DNA of 64,000 nt from NCBI GenBank assembly GCA_964106645.2, contig OZ067045.1; one strand, 5' to 3'. Made by a program: the position numbers and the translations under genes. This DNA comes from Podarcis pityusensis (taxonomy: Eukaryota). The notes under the pieces are model-generated. The model did no database searches. It saw only the letters and a list, made by a program, of their open reading frames with translations, and was not told the DNA's origin. This document shows positions 11,301 to 23,300 of this stretch, one piece after another. How positions within the stretch are numbered: position 1 is the stretch's first letter; the number at the start of each line of letters is the position of its first letter.

Positions 11301-14300
11301 ATCGGCAAGTCCTAGGCGCTGAGGTTTTACCCACAGCGCCACCCGCGTCCCTGCAGGACATAAATTAGCACCAACCAAATCAGTCACAAAATATTTCTGC
11401 TCATCCAGCACGAAGTACAGCCCAGAGTTCAGAAGCCCCAACTTGGAGGAGGAAGAGGAAAAGCTCACCAGTTTCCTTGGCCTTGCTCCTCTCTGCCTCT
11501 GTGCTGTTCCAGTCGCTCTCCAGCCCCCCTGTCAGCTGCTTCACAGTCTCCAGCATCTCCCGCCGCTGTTCTTCCTGAGCCTGGTTGTCCAAGAGCTGCT
11601 CCTTGCTGCTGCTGACCCGCAAGAAGGTGTTGGGTCGTGAGGCTGGAGAGGGGAGCAGCTTGTCGTTCTTCTCCCTGCCTGTGCTCCCCCGACTGTGGGA
11701 GCAAAGACATTTCTCAGGAAAATTCCTTACTCACTCACTGCTTGAAAAGAAATTAACCCCCAACTCGGCTATGTGCCAATTAGCTTTCAAGTGATAGTAA
11801 ACACAGACATCAAGTGCTAAAAACAGAAGAGTTTTATCGGAGAGGCAATTAAATCTCTGCTTTCCCCCCACATTTCATTACGTGGACAGAAGTCAGCTTA
11901 ATCACATAGAACACTTCATTCAAGGCAATTACTACTACTACTACTACTACTACTACTAAATGAAGTGGGAGATAAGCACCCATGGGTGGCCTGAGACTTA
12001 CCTAGTTAAGGCCCTGCGAGAGTCCAACTCTGCGGATGTGGCTGAGGCAGACACAGATGATGCGGGAGGCTGCAGTGCAGAGAATCGGTTCAAACTAGTG
12101 GCACTTGGTCGTAAGGAATCTGCAAGAGGATGTTGGGGAGAGTAACAGCTGCCTCAAGGGCTCCAGGAAACCCATCAGCCAGAGGCCGAGAAGCTCTTAA
12201 ACCTAGCGCAAGTTTAACTGTGTCAAGTGGATGCCTTGATGATCTCTCTCAACCTTCAGGGCAGAGGGTTTTTGCAGAGAGATGGGTCACCTACAGATAC
12301 AAGAAACCCTTTAAAGCCTTAACTGGCTTGGGTGTCTCCTAAGGACCAAATCCTTCCCTAGAAACCAAGCCTTATGAGGAACAGTTGAGTATGTTTAGCC
12401 TGGAAGAGATTGAGAGGAGATAGCTATCTTTAAATATCTGAAGGGCAGTCAAATGGAAGTTGGATTCAGCTTGTTTTCTGCTGGATCCGAAGGACAGGAC
12501 CCAAACCAATGGATTCCAAATGACAAGAAAGGAGATTCTGACTAAACACCAGGAAAAACCTCTGACAGTTAGAGCTGTTCGACAGTGGAACAGACTCCCT
12601 TGGGAGGTTCTGGACTCTCCTTCAGTGGAGGTTTTTAAGCAGAGGTTGGAAGGCCATCTGTCATGGATGCTATGATAATTTGCTCTGATTTCTTGTTCCA
12701 GGCACTGATACTGAGTGAAACTCAGCAATCATCCAATCAGGGCAGAGTCTTTGCAGTAGAGACGTCAGCACTGTGGTGTGGACTCCCCAAAGATATTTGC
12801 CAAGCTCCCACACTGAGCTCTTTCCGGAGCCAAGCAAAAACCAGCTCTTTCAGGAGACTCTCTAGCTAACTTAATCATGCTATTCTCAGCTCTTCATCGG
12901 TTTCCGACTGTAGTACTATAGTGTGTTGTCTACAGACTGCTGCAGCACTACAGTCGGAAACGGATCAAGCGCTGGTTTGATCTACCAATTCAATTACTTT
13001 GGTGAAATATTTGAATGTTTAAGAAAAAGAAGAAGTAGAACATGGGAGTTATATCAGGCTAAGTCCTTCCCAAAGTAAATCCACTGAATTTAATGAACCT
13101 AAGATAGTTGTAACCATTTAACTTTAGTGGGTGTACCAAGAGGAGGGCTAGCACTGAATATGGAGTTTGCACAGCCCATTCATAACAGGAAGGAGGCCAA
13201 GACTGGAAATTCCAAAAAAGGAGAAATGACAAGGAGATGTATTTGACGAGGAACAGCAACAGCCAGCACTTTTCAGGGTGCACAGAGCAAAATGCAGGGT
13301 GGGGGGCCTCCACACTCACCAATCTCACTGGCCTTGGCTCCCCCACTGCTGCCTTTTCCCCAGCTGCCCAACTGGGCTTTAGGCACAAGCTGGATCTTCT
13401 CATCTATTGTGGGCTGAAAGACACACAGACAGGAGCACAAATCAGGGAGAGCCTGCTGGGGATTGGAACCGCCCCACCCAATCCTGTTTCACAGAAGGAA
13501 ACAAATCCTCCCACCCTCCGGCTCACTGCCACCCTCTCTCCCACTTCCCAGTTCAAAATGCCTAGATGCACAGATAGACAAACAGCTTTCTTGGAGGGCA
13601 GGGCAGCAAGAAAAACCAAGATTCCCCAACCAGGCACACTCCAGGCATTTTGAACTACAGTTCCCACTGGCACCAGCTACTGTAGGTGTATGAAGCTGGA
13701 GCCTGTGGGAACTGCAATCCAAAACATCTGGGAGGGCTGATGTTGAGGATTGGGAATGTGGAAGATGACCAACCAAAGGAGAGTTGGTTTCTCAGGATTC
13801 CTCTCAGAAAGAGATTCTTCCTCCATACAAACCTTGGTGATTTTAAGGAACTTGGTGGGGTCCAGAACACGGGTATTTTTCGCCCCCTGCACCGTGTTCC
13901 AGCCACCCTCCTCTACCCTCTGAACACCTGCAAACAAAACAAACAAACAGGTTACTTTTTATAAACCCTGATATAGTAGCTAAAGTGGTCTGGGATGAGT
14001 TGTATGTGTAAAGCGAAGCTTGAGAGCCTATGGGAATAAGGCTGCTATGTTTCCTCTGTCGCATCTAGCTGAAGAGTGCATTTCAATTTGCATTTCTGCC
14101 TAAGCAATTGTGTGGCAGGTTTTTAAAAAAATTATCTGTGCAGTTTCACCATTTGCCTATTCTGTGCAATGGTCCATGCACACGCTAGTAGAACAAATGG
14201 CTGGAGGTTGCTCCCCAATATGCTTAACAATATATATTGAGGCATATGGGCAGAAAGAGATATTCAACCTGGACAGGGCGCTCTATAATCAAGACACCGG

Positions 14301-17300
14301 AGGCAATTCTCATGACATGGACCCTTGTTCCTCTCTCCTCCTGGTCAAGCATCAGATGGGAACTCTGGGAACTTACCAGGCCTCCTCTTCTCTTTGGTCA
14401 TTAGTTGCTGGACTTTCCGCTGCTCCTCCTGTTCTTCAATTTTTGCTTCTTTATGGATCTGCTCTATCGTCTTGGGGCCTTGATCTGCCCTCCGTGAGAC
14501 CCAGTTACACTGTGGAAGACAGGAAAGAAAGGACGGATGAGGCCTTCTTTCTCCCCTGCACACTGTGGGGTAGTTGTGGTTGATGCAGACAGAGGAAGCG
14601 GGATATTCTACTGAGGGGAAAACTGCTCGCAAGCTCCTTCCACAAGCGTGACACAAGTCGATTGTAAAACCACAGCTACCCCATGACAGAAGCCCATGAT
14701 GCAGGAGACAGCAGCTCCACTGCCCATCATCAAAAGATGGTCTCTGGCAGCCCTTTAAAAAACCAAGAACTACCCTCTCAAGGTAAGACTAAGAGCCAGG
14801 TGAGGGCAGTACCCCTTTTCTCTTGTGGACAATTACTCATCTGCTTCCCTTGCTGGACACGTACCTGCCTGAGGTCTATGACATCTTGAAGCATGAATCG
14901 TATTCTGGAAGAGGTTTTCCTCTCTTTGACTATCTTTTCCATCTGATTGAAATACTGGTCCATTCGAGGCTAGAGGAAACACAGATGCTCTCACCATATT
15001 TCATAGGAACATGAAAAACTGCCTTACAGCGGGGGATGGGGAAGGGGATCCTTTCCAGCCTCTCCTGGGAAACCATTCAGGGCCTGGAGAAATGAGGGTG
15101 ACTCTTACCTTTGGACAGGGGCTAATCCCAGCCAGGCAAAAGTAAAGAGGTTTCTACGTAGAAATACATAAAAGTCACCCACCCGCCCCTGCACTTTCCA
15201 AGTGGCCTCACATTCCATCCACTCCTGGCGGGTATGAAGAAGGGCCAGTAAGGGGTATGGATCTAGCTTTTCTGAACACTTAAGTTCTTTTCAGAACCAA
15301 AGAAGATGGATTTGGGTGTTCACTCTTCCCTGATGACACAAGGGGCAAAGCAACCCTACTGCCCCATCCTCTAGGGGAAAGCACGAGCGCCACTAAGCAG
15401 CCCACAGAAAAGGCTACAGCCACCAAGGGTCTTCGTGTGGGTGCCAGGTTCTTCTAACCTTGGCTTTCTCAAAGTCCAAGTCTTTGCCAATGGTAGTCAA
15501 GAGGCGGCAGAGGCACTCAAGGGACTCCTCGTCGTGGTTCTTCAGCAGCTTCACCACACAGTCGTGCATGATGGCCTCTGTCAGCATCTTCAGCTTGAAG
15601 AGCTCCCCAATGAACTTTATGTTGCCAATGGAGCGCCGCCGGGCCTTGTCCTTGGCTTCTTCCAGTTCATCGTGGAGCCGCGTCCTCTCCTCTGGCTGAG
15701 GGGCAGAGAAGGAAGGGGTGGTGAGAAAGGGCTGCCTGCCACACCACAAGCCCATGGCCTCGCTTCCCAGGCCAGCAACACCACAGGACTCCCATGTCTT
15801 GGGCTCCCTGCTCCTGGGAGCGCACAGAGGGTGCTCTGCAGACACTCACCGTTGTGGAAGCTTCCAGCTCCTTCTGCTTCTTCTCAAAGACATCGTCATC
15901 AGCTTTGTCCTTTTCAAATTCCTTCTGGCAACGATTCAGGAGTAGCTTCCGGAAGTTGACAAAGCTCCCGGGCTTATCCGCCATGGGCACCTTCAGCTGT
16001 GTGCAGCACGTGTCAAAAGGGCCAAGGAGGAGGACGGTGAGCACAACACAGGCAAAACAGGGCACTCTCATCACTTGCTGCATTCCTAACCAGCATTTTA
16101 TCATTTTATTTATAAAAATATTTACGGGCCATTATTCATAAAAACATATTAGAGCAAACAGACTGGCTCACAGCATTCATACTGAAAACAACACAGTAAT
16201 ATATACATATACATAATATATATAAACTTTTAATATCAAAGGTGAACTATTATGGAAAGGTACTATTATTATTTGCCTGCATGAGCCTGGTTCAGATAAG
16301 CATCTTCAGGACAACCTCCCCATAAACCCCTTTTCATTCTGGTGTCTAAAAGGCAGCAGATAACAGACCAGAGCAAACTCTTTGTCAATTCAGCCCAGTA
16401 TTGTCTACCCTGAATGGCAGAGTACCGTATTTTTCCCTCTATAACACGCAGATTTTTTCTCCTAAAAAGTAAGGGGAAATGTCTGCGCGTGTTATTGAGC
16501 GAATGTGTGGTCCCTGGAGCCGACAGGCGCGAGTGAAGGCAAAAATCAGACAAATATCAATCGTCCGGAGAAGGGAAGCCTTGAAAAGAGGAAGCTGCTG
16601 CTTTCCTGCATTCTGCCTCAGGGTCTTACTGCCCACCCGCTTCTGTTTGTTACTGTGTTTGCTCAAACGGAACAAAGAGCAGAGAAAACCCCCTCCCCTC
16701 CAGGCAAGCAGAGGGGAAAGCAGAGCGTCCTTCCTTCTAATTCCTCTCCGTGCTCCGGTGCTGCAACATGCGGGGGGGGGGGGGGAGAGAGAGAGAGCTG
16801 GCTGGCTTGGGTGGGTGCGTGGGGGGAACTTTTGCCTTCCTTTCCTCCCTCCGGTAAAACACCTCTCCTGCATTCTTAGCCAGCTGCTTCTCCGCACACC
16901 CCTCTCGGTGCTCCTTGTCCCTTCTATGTTTTTCCTTCCCTCCCCACTTAAAACGTGGTTACAAAGCACGGATCCACATGGATCCTCAGGATCTTTGCAT
17001 TGGGGCACCCCAAATTCACCATCAGATCACATAGCAATGATCTGATGCAAAAACAGGGCTGCAGTGGTGCAAAAACGTGGTTACAAAGCACGGATCCACA
17101 TGGATCCTCAGGATCTTTGCATTGGGTCACCCCAAATTCACCATGAGATCACATAGCATGTCCATGGCTACAGCCTGCACCAAAAAAATCACGCACCCAC
17201 TGTTGCCTGGGGCTGCAATGGTGCAAAAACGTGGTAACAAAGCACAGATCCACATGGATTCTCAGGATCTTTGCATTGGGCTACCCCAAACTCACCGTCA

Positions 17301-20300
17301 AATCACATGTCTGTGGCCACAGCATGAAGCACAAAAATGATACATCCACTGTTTCATTCAGAATTTTTTTTTCTTGTTTTCCTCCTCTAAAAACTATGTG
17401 CGTGTTATGGTCAGGTGCGTGTGATCGAGCGAAAAATACGGTATCTCCTGAGACTCAGGCCAATAAGGTCCTTTTCAAATCATCCTTTTAACAGCAGATG
17501 GCAGGGATCAAATCTGGGCTTTCCTGCATGTTAAGAAGGAGCTCTGCCATTCCCCCGCTCCCACTGGGTATTTTCCTCTTCCAACTTCCCACACCACACT
17601 TACCGTGACGAGACACCTGCACATGTTTGCATAGGCCACAGAGAAGCTGGGTTCATCAATGGCTTTCTCGAACACAAGGTCGATGACGCCTTTCAACCTC
17701 TCTTCCGTGTCCACAGTTAGATCAGTCACTTGCTTCATCAGTTGATTGAACATCTGTGGTGTCAACTTATTCAAGATGCTTCGGACCTTGCGGAATAGCT
17801 CCTGAAGGGAAAATGCAGGTGTTAAGGTGCAAAACTCAAATGAGGCCAAAGGCCTAGGAGAGCAACGGCCCAAGACAGCTGCTTTCAGTACCCAGGCATG
17901 GACGCTTCATTGCGCCGTATGCCCAAACCATCCCATGTCAGCTTGAACAGCTCCACCCATGTTCATAGCAACTCCAGGAGGAAAGGGGAAGACAGGCAGA
18001 CAGGGAAGTTCAGACACAGCCAGGTTGAAACAACCAGACTCCAGAGCAGCAAAAGCTTTCTACAGCGGCAGATCAGAATGCAAATATATTCCACACAGGA
18101 AGTCTGTCCTCTGTGGGATCCCCTTTCTTTCCTCCCCCAAGGAAAGGCAGAAACAGTCAAGTAGATAACACAGAGAAAATACACCTGCCAGAGAGGTAGT
18201 AGGTTGTCTGGTATCCTCACTTGTCCTTTTAAGCCAGGGAGGTCCAATTTTTCGTATCAAGTGGGCCGCAATCGTATTTCAACAAGGAACCCGTGTGTTT
18301 GGGGAGGGAGGAGGAGCGAGGCCAAAATTTGTGCTGCCTTCCCGTAGCCGGGTAAGTGAGTCCCTCCCACCCCCTTCCAAAGCAGGAAAGCACTAACCAG
18401 GCTTTGGGAAGAAGGTGACAGAACTCTAGGACCCTGTTAGAGCACCTCCCTCCCCCAGCCCAGCACATCACTTGCTCAGCTTGGGAAGGCAGCACGAGGG
18501 GTGGGGAGGTGGGGGTGTCAAATGTTTCCATATGCGGCCTTTGGGCTGCACGTTGGACCACCCTGTTCTTAGCCATGCAAATCATGCTACAGCTAAGGGT
18601 GGGTGTTAAAGTGGGGAGTAGGGCCAGCCCCTCCGCAGCCCAGCCAGGAGGCTCATGTTCTTGCCTCACCTGGGTTTTGATGCTCTCAGAGTCTTCCGCT
18701 TGCGTCTCACGCTTCAGACTCGGCTTCCAGGCATTCTCAGCTTTCTTCAGGTGTACATCCTCTTTGACACAAACCGTGATGATCTTCCTGGGCTCCCGCC
18801 TCTGGCCTGGCTGAGATCTCCGCTGTCCAACGTTTAACAGCTAAGAGAAAAACCAGTCCCTTGAATGTTAAGTCCCTTTTAACACAAAGAGGCTCAAACA
18901 GCACATACAGGACATCCAGCATCAAAGCAACCCTGCTCTGCCAACACTACTTGGGAATTTATGCAGGTGAATATAGGAATGTAGCAAACTGCCTTATGCA
19001 AAGTCCATCTTCAGGGTTTCAGACAGGGAAACTCTCTCAGCTCTACCTGGAGATACCACTGAGGACTGAAGCATGGAGTTACAGACCTTTCCCACAGAGA
19101 GAATATGAACCAAGACGGAATGCTGCCGGCAAGCAGTCCCTGCCACACAAAAAGCAGCCCCTCCTTTGCTACCTGAGGCTGAGCCTTCCTGACCATGTTT
19201 CACTGTGGCTGTGATAAACAACCCCAGTTTTCAGGATACTGCACCTTCTGAGGTACAAGAGAACCAAACATATAAGAAGGGCAAGGTAGGAGGAGGAAGA
19301 AAGAGAAAGAGTGGGGGTTTTTTTGGGTTTTTTAAAAGGTGCTGGAGAACACACCTCCCCCTGCTGTCTGGCAAGTGAGCACAACAGCCCCAATCCTGCA
19401 ACATGAGGTCCATATCCAAGCAAATAATCAGGACTTTGCCTGAGAGGCACACCAGAGTACACAGGCCAGTGTGATCCAGACGCAGCTCCAACCGGCCCAT
19501 GGTGCTGCTGAGGAGACAGTGCCAACAAGAAACCTGACTGGTGGGACAGGGCAGCAAACCACCAGCTCGCTCCTCCTGAGGTTTCACCATTCGCACATGT
19601 TCTGCACTAATTAAGGCTTGCACGCAGGCACCAGCACCACATCAACTCCTTTGAGAATCCAGCCCTTGACATCCAAAATGCAGCAAGGAGCTCCTCTATG
19701 TGCTTAAATTCTACACCAGCAGCTTGAGCTGTAGCACCTGCTACTGTAGGTCCCTTTCTACAAATCTTGGGGGAAGCAGTGATCATTATGGGATACCCTA
19801 ACAGGCAGCAGGATACCTTTATTTTGGCACTTCAAAAAGTGTTTCACGGACATCCCCCAGCAGGAGTCTCTGCTCAACACAAAGCAGAGCAAAATCATCT
19901 CCCAGTCCGGGCAGGAATAAGCAGCAAAGGAGCTGTTACAAACTTGTGAAGTTCACGATGCCGGCCACATCAGGTCTGATGCAGACACAAGATTTTCGCT
20001 TCTGTCCCCCTGCCCCCTCCCCATACCTCTCACTCCCAACCACTGCTCCCAACCACACATTCCCAAACACCACCCAAGAATGTTTAATATTTTGCAGTCA
20101 GACGTAAGGGCTGCCATTTCATGGTAGCCCTCAGCCAGCATTCACCTATCAGCACCACAATCAACAATAATTCAATCCTCTATCTCCGGCACCTTCTGTA
20201 ACATAATGTCCCTTGCATTCTTTTCTAGCGTTAGAAAACTGAGCCACTGAGTTAGATTAAGGCCTTCCTCCTGGTGCATCTGGGGTGGCTTTTACAGCAC

Positions 20301-23300
20301 AGCAGCTGGCTATTTTTCTTAAGCTATTTGTACCTATTTCTACTTCACCTCACCCAAGTCCTTTTTGAAAATAAGATGCATTTTTTTAAACTTGTTACCC
20401 GATTAACTGTGCCACCAGGTACCAAGGTTAGTGAAAAGCTGTTACTTTCCAAAATGCAGAAGGGGGGGAAAGCTGCCATTCAGCAAGGCTGAGATGGAGC
20501 ATCCACGAGCTGCTAAATGCTCCAAGCCAAAAGAAAAACGAAGACAGGCCAAGCAGGACTTACCTGGTCTCCCCCTCTACACAGGACTGCGAAGAGCAGC
20601 CCTAGGGCAGATCCAGCTCAGGCCAAAGTCCCAGTATGCCCTCTGCTGGTGCTGTCCCACCCACCACTGAAGAGACGGCAGCCTAGAGAAGAGTACAAGG
20701 CAAGGCTGGTGCCATTTCCATTACAGGCTTGTGCTCTGTGGGGTTGTTTGCTAGCTCCTCTGAAGACAGGAGGGCAGAGGAGAAGGCTTTGCAAAAAGAC
20801 GCTCACAGTGAGGGAGGAAACTGGGGGTGGGGGCAGGATGGCTTACCCCTATGGTCAGGTTCCTCAGCTGTGGGTGAGATGAGACCAACAAAGGGCATGC
20901 TGGGGGCCCACACCGAGCAAGGGGCTGGAGTCCAGGTGGGGGCTGCACTTTGCAGGCCTGTAAAAAGAAAGAAAGGGGTGGGGGAGAGGAAGGTATTATC
21001 CACAGGCTGACACAGAAAGACCTGACATGCCCAAGTAGGTGTCTGTTACAGCAGATGGGCATCACAACTTCAGAAGGTAGGTCTTTAGCTTAAATTTAAC
21101 TCCAAACCCCCCCCCCATTTTTTGTCATTTCCCATTAAAAACCCATTAACTGGATGGCTATTCTGCAAGCCAAGAAGCAGGTGCCACTTGCAAAGAACTT
21201 CTTTCACCTGACTCCCCATGATTATTTTAAGAAGATTTCTCCTCTTCTTTTTCTTCTTCTCCCCCCCCCCCAGCCCCATATCGCCCCTGCTTGGCCTCCC
21301 CCTCCCCATTTCCAGGCCCCCACTATACAGAAACCAAAGGAGCTCAAGAAGCAGAACCTCAGCAGAATACTAAGCTGGTGGCCATGTTCCTGCCCACCTG
21401 TGTCAACAGAACCAATTGACTCCTTCAGAGGGGAAAAACACTATTTTCCAGTCAAATAGAGTCAAGGAAGCACGGGAGGAGCCTTACAGGTGATAGAAAG
21501 ATGCGAGAACAAAGTAAGGGATGGGAAGAAAGACAGAATGAGGAAAGGCACAGACCAGCGGAGGGAGGAGGAAAAGGGAAGAGGAGGAAGGAAAGAGAGA
21601 AACTGAGAAAACGTGACTGCAGAAGAGCTCCCAAATTGGGAGCTGCTCCAGATTCTGGAGGGAAAAGGCAAAAGGTCATTTCTAACTGTGGATGTAACTC
21701 TGACACTTACAGGTGTGCCCCGCCCTCCAGGGATTTGTCTTCCGAAATCAGCAAATGCTGGTGTGAAATCTGGACCCCGTGCCAATATCCGAGGATCCAA
21801 AGTTCGAAGAGGCAGTTTTGGCTGATTGATCTGTATTAGTAGAAAAATGTAAAGTTACGGGTAGCCATGCAGCAACCGTCTGCACAGACAGCAGCATTTG
21901 GTAGATACTCCCAAGTAGCCTCAAGAGCTACAGCTGAAAACAAAACGCACAGCCAATGACTCATCCTGCCCATCAAGCTCCATTTCTTTTCTTACTTAAC
22001 CTCTGAGGGGGGTGCCTGCTAAAGCTGAGCAAACTGAGGCATGGCAGTTCAAGGCCATCTAACTACCCCACCACCAGAAAGCAAAGCTTCTTCATGTCTG
22101 TTGACAGAGAGGCAGCTCAGGGGAAGGGAACTGGGGGTTTTCTGCTTCCTGGGGCTAGAAGAATGTTTTGGGGAAGCTGCATACATATCATCTAGTTTTA
22201 AACCCAGTCCAGTGGCAGCATCTCCTCTTGTGCCTTATTAATTCGGACCAGGTCTTCAAAATGTTGCAAAATCCAAGTTCTCAGTTTAAAACACTAGGCA
22301 TGCCTTTCTCTCGACCTTCAGCCGCCACCACAAACTCACTTCCTCTGCCTACATACTAGCCCCATACCTTGTCAAGGACCACATCGCTGATGGGCGGCAG
22401 CCCCTCTGGCTTCTGGATGCAGGCAGGCATGAACTGGAAGTCTAAGAGGAACTCCCGGTCGTACTGCTTCTTCCCTTCGGAGTCCTGGGGCTTCCACTGC
22501 TCTGTAATGACACCACCAGCCTCAGGATGGGGCAATTCATTGCGCCATGTTTTCCCACCAAGGCCCCCTTGCTCCAATTAGAATTGTGGTCATGGGGGTC
22601 TTTCTCCTTTGCCTCACCCTGTCCCCATTTTGTGGGGAAGTCACGAAATGGTCGAGCGAATGAGTGCATGGCTCCGTGGAAAAAGAATGTTGCACTCTGA
22701 TTGTGGAGGTCTGGCTTTGCATCCATTTGGTCACATGGAGCCTTGCTTGAGCCCTTTCTTGACTGAGGGACACCCCCCCCCCACCCCGCATCTCTTTGCA
22801 CAGAAGGAAAAAAAGAAGGGTTTGATGCTGAAGGGGAAGAAGCAGGAGCAGGACAGCACCGGGACAGCCGTCCACAGGTTTTGTAGCTTTGTTCTAAAGA
22901 ACCCTTGGGAAGCACAGTACAAGCAGCAGCAGAGCATGCAGCAGAGGGACAGTTGTGCACTCTGCTCTGTGCAGATGCACCTGGAGGCTCAGGGAGCATA
23001 GGTTGCCCAAAGAGCTACAGGTGGTCACTTTTATCACACAGAGGGGCAACGCAGCAGAGATTTGTAGAGAAGACGGTAGTCTAGGCCCAGCAGATATTCT
23101 ATAAAGAATTTATATGTTTCAGTCTTTCAAAGGGTCATTTTCAGGAATTAACCACCAATGAAGTGCTCTTTAAAGGGAGGCAAACATCTGGAGCCACAAG
23201 TTTGACATCCTGGAAACGAGAGCTCTGGCACCACATGAAAAATTAAAAGGCCTGGAAGGGAGTCGGGAGGCGTAAGTGCAGTGACGGCTGCCAGCTAGGG

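Noticed and set aside
15435-15959. Long + strand ORFs antisense to exons (also 14110-14583, 35776-36195)
   Set aside because: Shadows of GC-rich EIF4G3 coding exons; no splice structure or recognisable homology.
16439-17045. 188-189 aa ORFs as a transposase
   Set aside because: No DDE/DDD or HTH similarity; low-complexity interior of a non-autonomous element.
20517-20882. + strand 121-aa ORF as an antisense gene
   Set aside because: Its only recognisable part is the inverted exon copy, which is frameshifted relative to its acceptor; no supporting gene structure.
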